Source of the DNA: Candidatus Krumholzibacteriota bacterium
GTDB taxonomy: Bacteria; Krumholzibacteriota; Krumholzibacteriia; LZORAL124-64-63
Assembly: GCA_022711765.1 (NCBI GenBank)
Contig: JAKLEB010000002.1
Coordinates: forward strand, 689,726 to 753,725
Reading direction: 5' to 3'
DNA: 64,000 bases
Both the position numbers and the translations under genes were made by a program. Under the pieces are notes generated by a model. It made no database searches, had not been told where the DNA came from, and saw only the letters and a list, made by a program, of their open reading frames with translations. Below, one piece after another: positions 53,027 through 61,913 of this stretch (the stretch's first letter is position 1; each line of letters starts with the position of its first letter).

Positions 53027-53680
53027 ATGGCGGAGATGAACGACTGGATCGACGCGGCGATCGCGCTCGTCGTGCTCGGCAACCTGAGCTTGCTCGGGAC
53101 GAGCCGCCTCGTCGCCTGCATCCGGATCCTGGCGCTGCAGGGCCTCTTGCTGGGCCTGCTTCCCCTCTTCTTCCACGCGGACGACCTCACCCTGCGGGTC
53201 GTCCTCCAGGTCACCGCGAGCACGATCAGCAAGGGCATCGTCTTCCCCTGGCTGCTGACCCGCGCGGTGCGCGGCGCGGACGAGCGGCGCGAGGTCGCGC
53301 CCGTGGTCGGCTACACGCCGTCGCTGTTGATCGGCGGCGCGCTGCTCGGCCTCGCGCTGTGGCTGGGCGGGCGCCTGCCGCTGCCCGGCGACGCCGAATC
53401 GGAATTCCTGGTCGCGGTCGCGCTGAACACGACGATGGTCGGTCTCTTCCTCATCATCGCGCGGCGGATGGCGATCACCCAGGTGCTCGGCTACCTCGCA
53501 ATGGAGAACGGAATCACCACCTTCGGCCTGGTCTTCGCCGAGCGGGAACCGCTCCTGGTGGAGATGGGCATCTTCCTCGACGCGTTCATGGCGGTCTTCG
53601 TCATGGGCCTGATGGTCTACAACATCAACCGGGAGTTCCGTCACCTCGACACCGAACGGCTGTCGAACCTGACGGACTGA
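53027..53680 (+). CDS. HyfE-like small membrane subunit
   Basis: 217 aa, multiple TM helices, position and size equivalent to HyfE; GGGAGG RBS. Confidence 0.6.
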   Translation: MAEMNDWIDAAIALVVLGNLSLLGTSRLVACIRILALQGLLLGLLPLFFHADDLTLRVVLQVTASTISKGIVFPWLLTRAVRGADERREVAPVVGYTPSLLIGGALLGLALWLGGRLPLPGDAESEFLVAVALNTTMVGLFLIIARRMAITQVLGYLAMENGITTFGLVFAEREPLLVEMGIFLDAFMAVFVMGLMVYNINREFRHLDTERLSNLTD

Positions 53681-53695
53681 CGCCCGCGGAGCGCG

Positions 53696-55159
53696 ATGAT
53701 CGTCGCCCTCGTCCTGTTGCCCCTCACGGCCGGCGCGCTGGCGTTCTTCCTGCGCAGCGACGGGCTGCGCCGCGGTCTGCTGGTCGCGACCGCGCTCGCC
53801 CACTCCGGGCTCACGGTCGCGGCGTGGCTGCGGCGGCCGCTGGCCGAGCTGGGCGGCTGGCTGGAACTGGACGACCTCGAGCTGCTCATCCTGGCGGTCA
53901 CCAGCCTGCTCTTCCTGGTCGCGGCCGTCTACGCGGTGGGCTATCTGCGCCGCGAGGGCCGGGACCAGCGGGAGGACTACACGGAGGGTTTCCTCTTCGT
54001 CAACGCGCCGGAGGCCACCTTCACTGGCTGTCTGCTGCTCTTCCTCGGCGCCATGACCCTGGTCATCGGCGCGCAGCACTTCGGCCTGATGTGGGTCGCC
54101 GTCGAGGGCACCACGCTGGCGAGCGCGCCCCTCATCCACTTCCACCGCCATCATCGGTCCCTCGAGGCCGCCTGGAAGTACCTCGTCATCTGTTCGGTCG
54201 GCATCGCGATCGCCCTGCTGGGGAACTTCTTCCTCGTGGTGGCGACCTCCGCGCTGGACGACCAGCTCGGCGGCCTGACCGTGCGGGCCCTGGCCGAACA
54301 CGCCGGCCAGCTCGATCCCACCTGGCTGCGCGCGGCGTTCCTTCTCCTGCTCGTCGGCTACGGCACCAAGATGGGCCTCGCGCCCCTGCACACGTGGCTT
54401 CCCGACGCGCACAGCGAGGCGCCGTCGGTGGTCTCGGCGCTGCTCTCGGGTGCGCTGCTGAACTGCGCGTTCCTGGCGATCCTGCGCCTGCACGGCGTGT
54501 GCGTGGCCGCGGGTCAGGCGGCGTTCAGCGCGAACCTCCTGGTGGGTTTCGGCCTGGTCTCGATGGGCTTCGCCGCGGTCTTCATCGTCGGCCAGCGCGA
54601 CTACAAGCGGATGCTGGCGTACTCCAGCGTCGAGCACATGGGCATTGCCGCCCTCGGCGTGGGGCTCGGCGGCGCCGCGGGCTTCGGCGCGCTGCTCCAC
54701 GTGGTGAACCACTCGTTGACCAAGGGCATGCTGTTCCTGATCGCGGGCAACGTACTCGCGGCGTACCGCACGCGCTCCTCCGCGGAGGTCACCGGCCTGT
54801 TGCGCGCGCTGCCCGCCAGCGGCTTGCTGTGGCTGGCGGGGTTCCTCGCGGTCACCGGGTCGCCGCCGTTCGGACCGTTCCTGAGCGAGTTCACGATCCT
54901 GCGCGGCGGATTGGCGGCGCAGCGACCGGTCATCGCGGTCGTCTACCTCGTGCTCCTGTTGCTGGTGTTCGTCGGCATGGCGATGATCGTGCCCGGCATG
55001 GCCCATGGGGAGACGAACGTCGCCCGGCGGCGGGAGCCGTGGCTGGCCGTCGTGCCGCCGGCCTGCCTGGGGATCGGCGTGCTGATCCTCGGCGTCTACG
55101 TGCCCCGTCCCCTCGCCGACGCCATCACCCGCGCTCTGGGCGCCCTGGGGCTGTCATGA
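53696..55159 (+). CDS. HyfF/NuoM/NuoN-like proton-conducting membrane subunit
   Basis: 487 aa; PF00361 core (GTKMGLAPLHTWLPDAHSEAPSVVSALLSG...). Confidence 0.8.
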   Translation: MIVALVLLPLTAGALAFFLRSDGLRRGLLVATALAHSGLTVAAWLRRPLAELGGWLELDDLELLILAVTSLLFLVAAVYAVGYLRREGRDQREDYTEGFLFVNAPEATFTGCLLLFLGAMTLVIGAQHFGLMWVAVEGTTLASAPLIHFHRHHRSLEAAWKYLVICSVGIAIALLGNFFLVVATSALDDQLGGLTVRALAEHAGQLDPTWLRAAFLLLLVGYGTKMGLAPLHTWLPDAHSEAPSVVSALLSGALLNCAFLAILRLHGVCVAAGQAAFSANLLVGFGLVSMGFAAVFIVGQRDYKRMLAYSSVEHMGIAALGVGLGGAAGFGALLHVVNHSLTKGMLFLIAGNVLAAYRTRSSAEVTGLLRALPASGLLWLAGFLAVTGSPPFGPFLSEFTILRGGLAAQRPVIAVVYLVLLLLVFVGMAMIVPGMAHGETNVARRREPWLAVVPPACLGIGVLILGVYVPRPLADAITRALGALGLS

Positions 55160-56607
55160 GTGCGCATTTGGGCAACGGCGAATCGATCGCCCTTGGTGAC
55201 CTTCCCGTCCTGTCCGTGGCGGCGCTGCGCGACGAGGTGATCGGCGGCGTCGCGCGCGGCCGGCGGCTGGCGGCGTACTTCGGCGCGGGCCGGCGGGGCG
55301 ACGCGCTGCGCGTGGTCGCCGTCGTCGCGGGGGACGACGACGGCGAGTTGCTCGCGTGCGCGGCCGACGTTTCCGGCAGCTACGACGCGCTGACGCCCGA
55401 CTGCCCCCAGGCGCACTGGTTCGAGCGCGAGCTGGCCGAGCAGTGGGGTGTCGAGCCGCGCGGCCACCCGTGGCTCAAACCGATCCGCCGCATCCCGGAC
55501 GCGTTCTTCCGCGTCGACGGCGAGGAGGTCCACGAGGTCGCCGTGGGCCCGGTCCATGCCGGCGTCATCGAACCCGGCCACTTCCGTTTCCAGTGCCACG
55601 GCGAGGAGGTGCTGCATCTCGAGATCGCGCTCGGGTACCAGCACCGCGGCGTCGAGCGCGCGCTCGTCGGTGGACCCGACCGGCGCACGCTGGCGTACAT
55701 GGAGACCCTCGCCGGCGACACCACCATCGGGCACGCCCTGGCCCACGCGCTCGTCAGGGAAGCGCTCGGCGGCGGCGGCGCGCCGCCCCGCGCCCTGGCG
55801 ATCGCCGGCATCGCCCTCGAGCTCGAGCGCCTCGCCAACCACATCGGCGACCTGGGCGCTCTCGCCGGCGACGTCGGGTTCCTTCCGACCGCCGCCTACT
55901 GCGGGCGCATCCGCGGCGACGTGCTCAACGCCACCGCCCAGCTCTGCGGCAACCGCTTCGGCCGCGGTCTCGTGCGCCCCTACGGCCTCGACCACGACGT
56001 CGACGACGCCTTGCGCGAGGATCTCCAGCGCCGGCTCGCCGCCGCCCGCCAGGACTTCGCGGTCGCCGATCGCCTGCTCTGGGACTCCCCGTCGGTGATG
56101 GCCCGATTCGAGGGCACCGGCCTGCTCTCCCTGGACGTGTGCGACGAGATCGGACTCGTCGGCCCCGCCGCCCGCGCCTGCGGCGCCGAGCGCGACGTTC
56201 GCCAGAACCACCCCCACGGCATCTACCGCTTCGTCCACATCCCGATCTGCACCTGGCCGACGGGCGACGTCTTCGGGCGCGCTCACGTCCGCTCGATCGA
56301 GGTCCAGCGGTCGTTCGCCTTCATCCAGGAGCTGCTCGACAGCCTGCCGGGCGGACCGGTCGCGCTGGAGCGCCCGGCGCCGCCGGCGGCCGACCGACTC
56401 GCCGTGGCCCTCGTCGAAGGCTGGCGCGGCGAGATCTGCCACGTCGCGCTCACGGGCGCCGATGGGCGCTTCGCGCGCTACAAGGTCGTCGACCCCTCGT
56501 TCCACAACTGGTTCGGGCTGGCGCTCGCGATGCGCGGTCAGCAGATCTCCGACTTCCCGCTCTGCAACAAGAGCTTCAATCTCAGCTACTGCGGACACGA
56601 CCTATGA
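55156..56607 (+). CDS. NuoC/NuoD-like fused 'large subunit' (HycE/HyfG homologue) lacking the canonical [NiFe]-binding cysteine motifs
   Basis: GPVHAGVIEPGHFRFQCHGEEVLHLEIALGYQHRGVE (NuoD/HycE signature). The L1 motif RxCGxCxxxH is replaced by TLAGDTTIGH, and the C-terminus LCNKSFNLSYCGHDL replaces DPCxxCxxH. ATGA coupling on both sides. Confidence 0.75.
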   Translation: MSAHLGNGESIALGDLPVLSVAALRDEVIGGVARGRRLAAYFGAGRRGDALRVVAVVAGDDDGELLACAADVSGSYDALTPDCPQAHWFERELAEQWGVEPRGHPWLKPIRRIPDAFFRVDGEEVHEVAVGPVHAGVIEPGHFRFQCHGEEVLHLEIALGYQHRGVERALVGGPDRRTLAYMETLAGDTTIGHALAHALVREALGGGGAPPRALAIAGIALELERLANHIGDLGALAGDVGFLPTAAYCGRIRGDVLNATAQLCGNRFGRGLVRPYGLDHDVDDALREDLQRRLAAARQDFAVADRLLWDSPSVMARFEGTGLLSLDVCDEIGLVGPAARACGAERDVRQNHPHGIYRFVHIPICTWPTGDVFGRAHVRSIEVQRSFAFIQELLDSLPGGPVALERPAPPAADRLAVALVEGWRGEICHVALTGADGRFARYKVVDPSFHNWFGLALAMRGQQISDFPLCNKSFNLSYCGHDL

Positions 56608-57380
56608 TCAAGACGACCCTGGCGAGGCTCCAGCAGAAACACCGGACGACCCGGTACCCGGACGGTCCGCCGCCGTCGTTGCCGGATCGCTACCGCGGCC
56701 GGCCGGTCATCGCGGCCGGCGCCTGCCCCGAGGGATGCCGGCAGTGCGCGGACGAATGTCCGACCGGCGCGATCACGCTCGAGGGGAGCGTGGGCCTGGA
56801 CCTCGGGAAGTGCCTGTTCTGCGCGAGGTGCGAGGCGGTCTGCCCGGCGCAGGCGATCCGGTTCGGCCGCGACCATCAGCTCGCCGCGAGCCGGCGCGAG
56901 GACCTGGTGCTCGGCCCCGAGGGCGCCCGCCTCGCGGTCGAGCTGAGCGACCGGCTGCGACGCCTGTTGGGCCGATCCCTGAAGCTGCGCGTGGTGAGCG
57001 CGGGGGGCTGCAACGCTTGCGAGGCCGACACGAACGTCCTGTCGACCGTCGGCTGGGATCTCGGCCGGTTCGGCATCCAGTTCGTCGCGTCGCCGCGCCA
57101 CGCCGACGGGCTCCTGATCACCGGACCGGTGACCGCGGCCATGCGCCCGGCTCTGCGCAAGACGTGGGAGGCGGTGCCCGAGCCCAAGATCGTGATCGCC
57201 GTCGGCGCGTGTGCGATCAGCGGCGGCCCCTTCCTCGGCCATGCCGAGCAGCACGACGGCGCCGCGTCGACGGTGCCGGTCGACCTCCACATCCCGGGCT
57301 GTCCGCCCCACCCGCTGACCATCCTGGACGGCCTGCTCCGGCTGCTCGGCCGGATCCCGGAACCGGAGGCCGGCGGCTGA
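56604..57380 (+). CDS. fused NuoI-like 2x[4Fe-4S] ferredoxin and NuoB/hydrogenase small-subunit-like protein
   Basis: CPEGCRQCADECP and CLFCARCEAVCP (ferredoxin half), then GGCNACEAD...SPRHADGLLITGPVT...VGACAISGGPF...PGCPP (small-subunit cluster-binding cysteines conserved). Confidence 0.75.
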   Translation: MIKTTLARLQQKHRTTRYPDGPPPSLPDRYRGRPVIAAGACPEGCRQCADECPTGAITLEGSVGLDLGKCLFCARCEAVCPAQAIRFGRDHQLAASRREDLVLGPEGARLAVELSDRLRRLLGRSLKLRVVSAGGCNACEADTNVLSTVGWDLGRFGIQFVASPRHADGLLITGPVTAAMRPALRKTWEAVPEPKIVIAVGACAISGGPFLGHAEQHDGAASTVPVDLHIPGCPPHPLTILDGLLRLLGRIPEPEAGG

Positions 57381-57394
57381 CCAGGGTCGCGGGT

Positions 57395-58405
57395 TCAGGG
57401 CAGACCGGCCGCCTTGCGCACCATCTCCGCCGCTTCCATCGCGCGCAGCCCGTCGCGACCGCCGACCTGCGGCGCCACGCCCTCCCGGATGCACCGCGCG
57501 AATGCGGCGAGCTCGTCGCGCAACGGGTTCGCGTCCGGGTCCACCGGCGGTTTCTCGACCGAGACCAGATTATTCTGCACGAAATCGGTCGGGGACAGGC
57601 CGCCGAGGTCCTGGGGCGTCAGCGCTTCCGGTTTGATCTCCCCGGATTCGAGCCGCGGGTCGCGGCGGGTCACCGTCGCGATCCGGTCCATGAAATCGAC
57701 CTCGATGAACGCGTCCGGTTGGTAGATGCGCAGGCGCCGCTCGGTACGCAGCGCGGTGCGCACGGCCTTCAGCTGCGCGCAGGCGCCGCCCCTGAACTCG
57801 ATCCAGGCGGCGGCCAGGTCCTCGGTGGAGGAGAAGACCGGCGTCGCCCACGCGCGCACCTCGACGATCTCGTCGCGCACGAGGGCCAGGATGATCTCGA
57901 GGTCGTGGATCATGAGGTCGAGCACGACGCCGACATCGGTCGCGCGGAACGGGTAGGGCGCCACGCGCACCGCCTCGAGGAAGCGGGGATTGGCGATCTT
58001 CCGGGTGACAGCCCGCAGCGCGGGGTTGAACCGCTCGATATGGCCCACCTGGAGCAGGGTCTGCTGGCGCTCCGCGAGCTCGCAGAGCGAGCGCGCCTCG
58101 GCGGCGGTCGCCGCCATGGGCTTCTCGACCAGGCACGGGATCCGTTGTTCGAGGAAGTGGGTCGCCAGGCGGTGGTGCAGGGTCGTCGGCGCGGCGATCG
58201 TGACGCCGTCCACCGCGCCCGCTTCGAGGTCCTCGTGCCGCGGCACCCACCGGCAGCCGTAGAGGTCGGCGAGGGTCTTGCGCGAAGGATCGGGGTCGCA
58301 GATCGCGACCAGTTCGATACCCGACAGGCCGGCCAGCTGCTGGGCGTGCCAGCGGCCGAGATGGCCGGCGCCGACCACGGCGATGCGCAGGGATTGGGAA
58401 GGCAT
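57395..58405 (-). CDS. Gfo/Idh/MocA family NAD(P)-dependent oxidoreductase
   Basis: RIAVVGAGHLGRWHAQ (Rossmann GxGxxG), EKP motif (CLVEKPMA); 336 aa. Confidence 0.75.
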   Translation of the reverse strand: MPSQSLRIAVVGAGHLGRWHAQQLAGLSGIELVAICDPDPSRKTLADLYGCRWVPRHEDLEAGAVDGVTIAAPTTLHHRLATHFLEQRIPCLVEKPMAATAAEARSLCELAERQQTLLQVGHIERFNPALRAVTRKIANPRFLEAVRVAPYPFRATDVGVVLDLMIHDLEIILALVRDEIVEVRAWATPVFSSTEDLAAAWIEFRGGACAQLKAVRTALRTERRLRIYQPDAFIEVDFMDRIATVTRRDPRLESGEIKPEALTPQDLGGLSPTDFVQNNLVSVEKPPVDPDANPLRDELAAFARCIREGVAPQVGGRDGLRAMEAAEMVRKAAGLP

Positions 58406-58531
58406 GGATCGCGTCCTTTCGTTGCCGGCGAATCTAGCAGCGAAACGCCCGTCTGGCGATCCTGGCGTTGGCGACGGCGCCGGGCGCGGGCGTGCGGGCC
58501 GTGTCCCCGGCCGGCGGCCGGCCGGGCGCGG

Positions 58532-59923
58532 TCACTTCACGTACGCGAGGCGACAGGTCGCCGGACCCGCCGGGCGATCGACCCGGGCGACGTACGCGCC
58601 GGTCGCGAGCGGCCGCCCCCGGGCGTCGGCCGCATCCCAGTCCACCGTCCCGCGGCCGTCCCGCAGAGGCATCACGAGCGTGTCCACGCGGCGGCCGCGC
58701 AGATCGTAGATCACCGCCTCGGCGTTCGCCCCGACGCCGGGCGCCTCGAGCGCGAGGGTCGTCCGCCCGTTGAACGGGTTCGGACTCGCCGTCAGCCTGG
58801 CGGCCGGCGGCGCAACGGCCGAAGGGACCGCCGTCACGCCGGCGAGGCCGGCCACCGTGGCGGTCGCCGTCACGGCCACCCGCACGTTCCGCGTGGTGAA
58901 GGTCGGGTCGAGGTAGATCACGAGGTCGCCCGTCGTGTGGTAGCGGGGATTGAAGTCGGGGTCGCCCCAGTCCCAGGCTTCCTCGTGGTTGACGGCCGCA
59001 TACCCCTCCTGCCAGAACGAGTAGAAGTCGCCCCACCAGATGTCCTCGGCCTCGTGGAGGACGAAGGGCATGTCGGCGTAGGTGGTCGCCGCGTCGACGA
59101 CCGCGGCCGCGAGGCACTGCGAATGCGCGTTGGTCTCGATCTCGAGGTCGAACGGCACGCCGGGCTCCCACCACCCGACCATGTCGAAGTTCAGGGCGCC
59201 GAGGATGGCGGCGCCCTGCGACGCCTGCAGCTGGACCCACGCGCGGCTGCCGCGCAGGCCCTGCTCCTCGCCGCCGAAGAGCGCGTACTGGACGGTATAG
59301 CCCAGCTGGTGGCCGGCCAGCAGCCGGGCGCAAGTCAGCACCGCGATCGCGCCGCTCGCATTGTCGTCGGCGCCGGGAGTCGCGACCTCCGGCGCCTCGC
59401 TCGTGGCGTCGTAGTGCGCGCAGACCACCACGATCGAATCGGGCTGGACCTCGCCCACCTGGGTGGCGATGACGTTGGGCACGACGATCCCGGAGATCGT
59501 GAAGTCGTGCTGCTCGGTCGCGAGGCCCAGAGCCGCGAACCTGGCCTCGAGCTGGTCGGCCACGACGTGGATGTTCGCGTTCAGGCTGTGACGGACGCCG
59601 AGCCCCACGAGCCACTCGAGGTCGGCCTGGAGATCGCCCCAGACCACCTGGTCGGCGAGGTTCTGCACGCGCGGATCGGGGTCGCGCAGCGGGGTCCAGG
59701 CGCGCGCCGCGGCGCGCGGCGCGGGCACCGGTGCCGGCCGGGCGCCGGGCCACCGGTCGACGAGCTCGGCCGGACCCTCCACCAGCCAGAGGTCGCCGCG
59801 CCGGTCGAGGACGCGGACGCCCGGCGGAGCCGCGGGCGAGGGGACGACGAAGCGGATGTCGTCCGCCAGGGCCGCGGTCGCGACGGCGGTCAGGCAGAGC
59901 ATGGCGGCGATCGAGCGGGGCAT
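58532..59923 (-). CDS. M28-family zinc aminopeptidase with C-terminal FlgD-Ig-like domain, secreted
   Basis: Signal peptide; CAHYDATS, GADDNASG, LFGGEEQGLRGS M28 metal/catalytic motifs; C-terminus ASPNPFNGRTTLALEAP...GAYVARV. Confidence 0.8.
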   Translation of the reverse strand: MPRSIAAMLCLTAVATAALADDIRFVVPSPAAPPGVRVLDRRGDLWLVEGPAELVDRWPGARPAPVPAPRAAARAWTPLRDPDPRVQNLADQVVWGDLQADLEWLVGLGVRHSLNANIHVVADQLEARFAALGLATEQHDFTISGIVVPNVIATQVGEVQPDSIVVVCAHYDATSEAPEVATPGADDNASGAIAVLTCARLLAGHQLGYTVQYALFGGEEQGLRGSRAWVQLQASQGAAILGALNFDMVGWWEPGVPFDLEIETNAHSQCLAAAVVDAATTYADMPFVLHEAEDIWWGDFYSFWQEGYAAVNHEEAWDWGDPDFNPRYHTTGDLVIYLDPTFTTRNVRVAVTATATVAGLAGVTAVPSAVAPPAARLTASPNPFNGRTTLALEAPGVGANAEAVIYDLRGRRVDTLVMPLRDGRGTVDWDAADARGRPLATGAYVARVDRPAGPATCRLAYVK

Positions 59924-60069
59924 GGCGCGCTCCAGTCAGTTGGCTGGCCGGCGATTCATTTGAACAATGATACCATGGGACCCGGGCGGGCGACAGGCAG
60001 GAACTCCTGCACATCGCGATCCCGTTTCGCGCATAGCGGTCTGAACCCGAACCCCTGGAGGTCCAGACC

Positions 60070-61668
60070 ATGACTAGCAAGATCCTGATCGCCGCGTGCG
60101 TTCTCTCGCTCCACCTCGCCTCGATCGCCGAGGCCCGCTTCATCATGTTCGACGCCCACTTCGACAATCGCGCCGTCGGCTCGAGCCTCGACCGGCGAGG
60201 CGCCCGTTTCGGCGAGCCGATCGAGGCGGACGGCGACAACCACAGCGAGGTCGTCGTCCAGGACGGCCCCGGCGACCGCTCCGTGCAGATCTGGGACACG
60301 ACCAGCACCGGCAGCGACGAGCTCACCTTCGCCCTGGTCGACGGCCGGGAGGTCGTTGACGGCAAGCTCAACATCTCGCTCGAACTGCAGCTCGACTCGG
60401 TCGACGTCTACAAGGTCGCGATCGAGGGGCCGAATCCCAACGCCATGTGGTTCTTCGACCTCACCCTCGACGCCGCCGGCATCATGTACCTGTCCGACGC
60501 CGACGATTTCCCGCTGGCCGCGTTCGACACCTATGCCGCGGGCGACCTGCTCCTGATCGAGTTGAGCTTCAACCTGAACAACGGGACCTACGATTTCACC
60601 CTCAACGGCGTCCCCGTCCTCACCAACGAGACCCACGGCCTGACGGCCTACGGCCCGGCGCTCATCGTGGTCGGCAACCAGTCCGACGGCAACGCCACCG
60701 GCTCGGTCCGGCTGGACAACCTGTCGGTCGACTGGGCGCCGGGCACCGCCGACGAGCTGCTGACGGCGAATTTCAACGACGAGCCGATCGGCCAGCCCAT
60801 CGGCACCGGCGGCGCGGCGCTCGGCCAGCCGATCGAATATTCCGGCTGCACGCCGACCGTCGAGAACGGCGGCTTCGCCACGCCCGCGCTGCTGATCCAG
60901 GACGAGTCCACGACCACCACGTCGCGCGTGCGATTCGGGTTCCTGAACGACATCGAGGCGACCGGCGATCTCTCGATCTCGTTCCGGCTGTACTTCGAAT
61001 CCCTGGAATCCTACTTCGTCTACCTCCGCGAGGAGGGCACGAGCGCGGCCCAGTTCCTCACCCTCAAATTCACCCCGACAGGCGACGTGCTGTTCGACGA
61101 CGAGACCAGCGCCGGCACGCACTACCACACCGAGTCGTACGTCGCGCAGCAGCCGATCCACGTCGAGCTGGCCTACTACGCGGCTCTCGGCGTGTACAGC
61201 GTCTGGATGGACGGCGAGCGCGTGGTGCACCGCCGCGAGCACGGGGTCGCGGGCCGCGGCATCGGCGGGATCCTCTTCGGCGCGTCCTTCGATGGCAATG
61301 TCGACGGCCAGATGCGGGTGGACGCGATCAACGTCGACGCCCTGGACGGCACGTTGACCCCGGTCCGGGAGGATGACGCGCCCGCGCTCTTGCCGGCCAC
61401 GTTCCGGGCGGCGCCCAACCCGTTCAATCCGGCGACGGCGCTGCGCTTCACGCTGCCGCAGGCGGGTCGGGTCCAGCTCGACATCGTCGATCTGCGCGGC
61501 CGCCGCGTGCGGCAGCTCGTGAGCGAGGCGCTCGCGGCGGGCGAGCACGCGGTCACCTGGCAGGGGACCGATGAGGCCGGGTGCCCGGCGGCCTCCGGCG
61601 TGTACCAGGCGCTGCTGCGTGTCGACGGTCGCCTCCGCGAGCGCGTGCCGCTCACGCTGGTGAAGTAG
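60070..61668 (+). CDS. secreted hypothetical protein (two beta-sandwich-like regions) with C-terminal FlgD-Ig-like domain
   Basis: Signal peptide MTSKILIAACVLSLHLASIAEA; C-terminus AAPNPFNPATALRFTLP...GVYQALL. Confidence 0.65.
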   Translation: MTSKILIAACVLSLHLASIAEARFIMFDAHFDNRAVGSSLDRRGARFGEPIEADGDNHSEVVVQDGPGDRSVQIWDTTSTGSDELTFALVDGREVVDGKLNISLELQLDSVDVYKVAIEGPNPNAMWFFDLTLDAAGIMYLSDADDFPLAAFDTYAAGDLLLIELSFNLNNGTYDFTLNGVPVLTNETHGLTAYGPALIVVGNQSDGNATGSVRLDNLSVDWAPGTADELLTANFNDEPIGQPIGTGGAALGQPIEYSGCTPTVENGGFATPALLIQDESTTTTSRVRFGFLNDIEATGDLSISFRLYFESLESYFVYLREEGTSAAQFLTLKFTPTGDVLFDDETSAGTHYHTESYVAQQPIHVELAYYAALGVYSVWMDGERVVHRREHGVAGRGIGGILFGASFDGNVDGQMRVDAINVDALDGTLTPVREDDAPALLPATFRAAPNPFNPATALRFTLPQAGRVQLDIVDLRGRRVRQLVSEALAAGEHAVTWQGTDEAGCPAASGVYQALLRVDGRLRERVPLTLVK

Positions 61669-61913
61669 CGACCGCGTTTCCACGCAACGGCCCGGCGTCC
61701 GCCATCTCGCGGATGCCGGGCCGTTCCAGGGCCGATCGACGTGCGGTCCCGCCGCCCACCTGGTCAACGCGGCGTCGCGGCGAATCCGGTGACAACCAGC
61801 GCGAATCGGTGGCGCCAATGTGGTGGGATCGGTGAGCCGCGGCGAGGAGAGGCGGGCGAGGGCCTTGGGAGAGGTGCTGTGTCCGTCCTGCTGGCTTCAG
61901 AGGGGAGGGAGTC

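Noticed and set aside
52562-55006. 814-aa minus-strand ORF
   Set aside because: Antisense to the HyfC/E/F-like genes; His/Arg/Glu/Asp-rich junk.
55156-56607. Calling the large subunit a [NiFe] hydrogenase (HycE/HyfG)
   Set aside because: Both cysteine pairs that ligate Ni-Fe are absent, so 'hydrogenase' is not supportable; called hydrogenase-like.
56462-60073. 1203-aa plus-strand ORF
   Set aside because: Runs through the NuoI-NuoB fusion (other frame) and antisense across the Gfo/Idh/MocA and M28 genes; no motifs.
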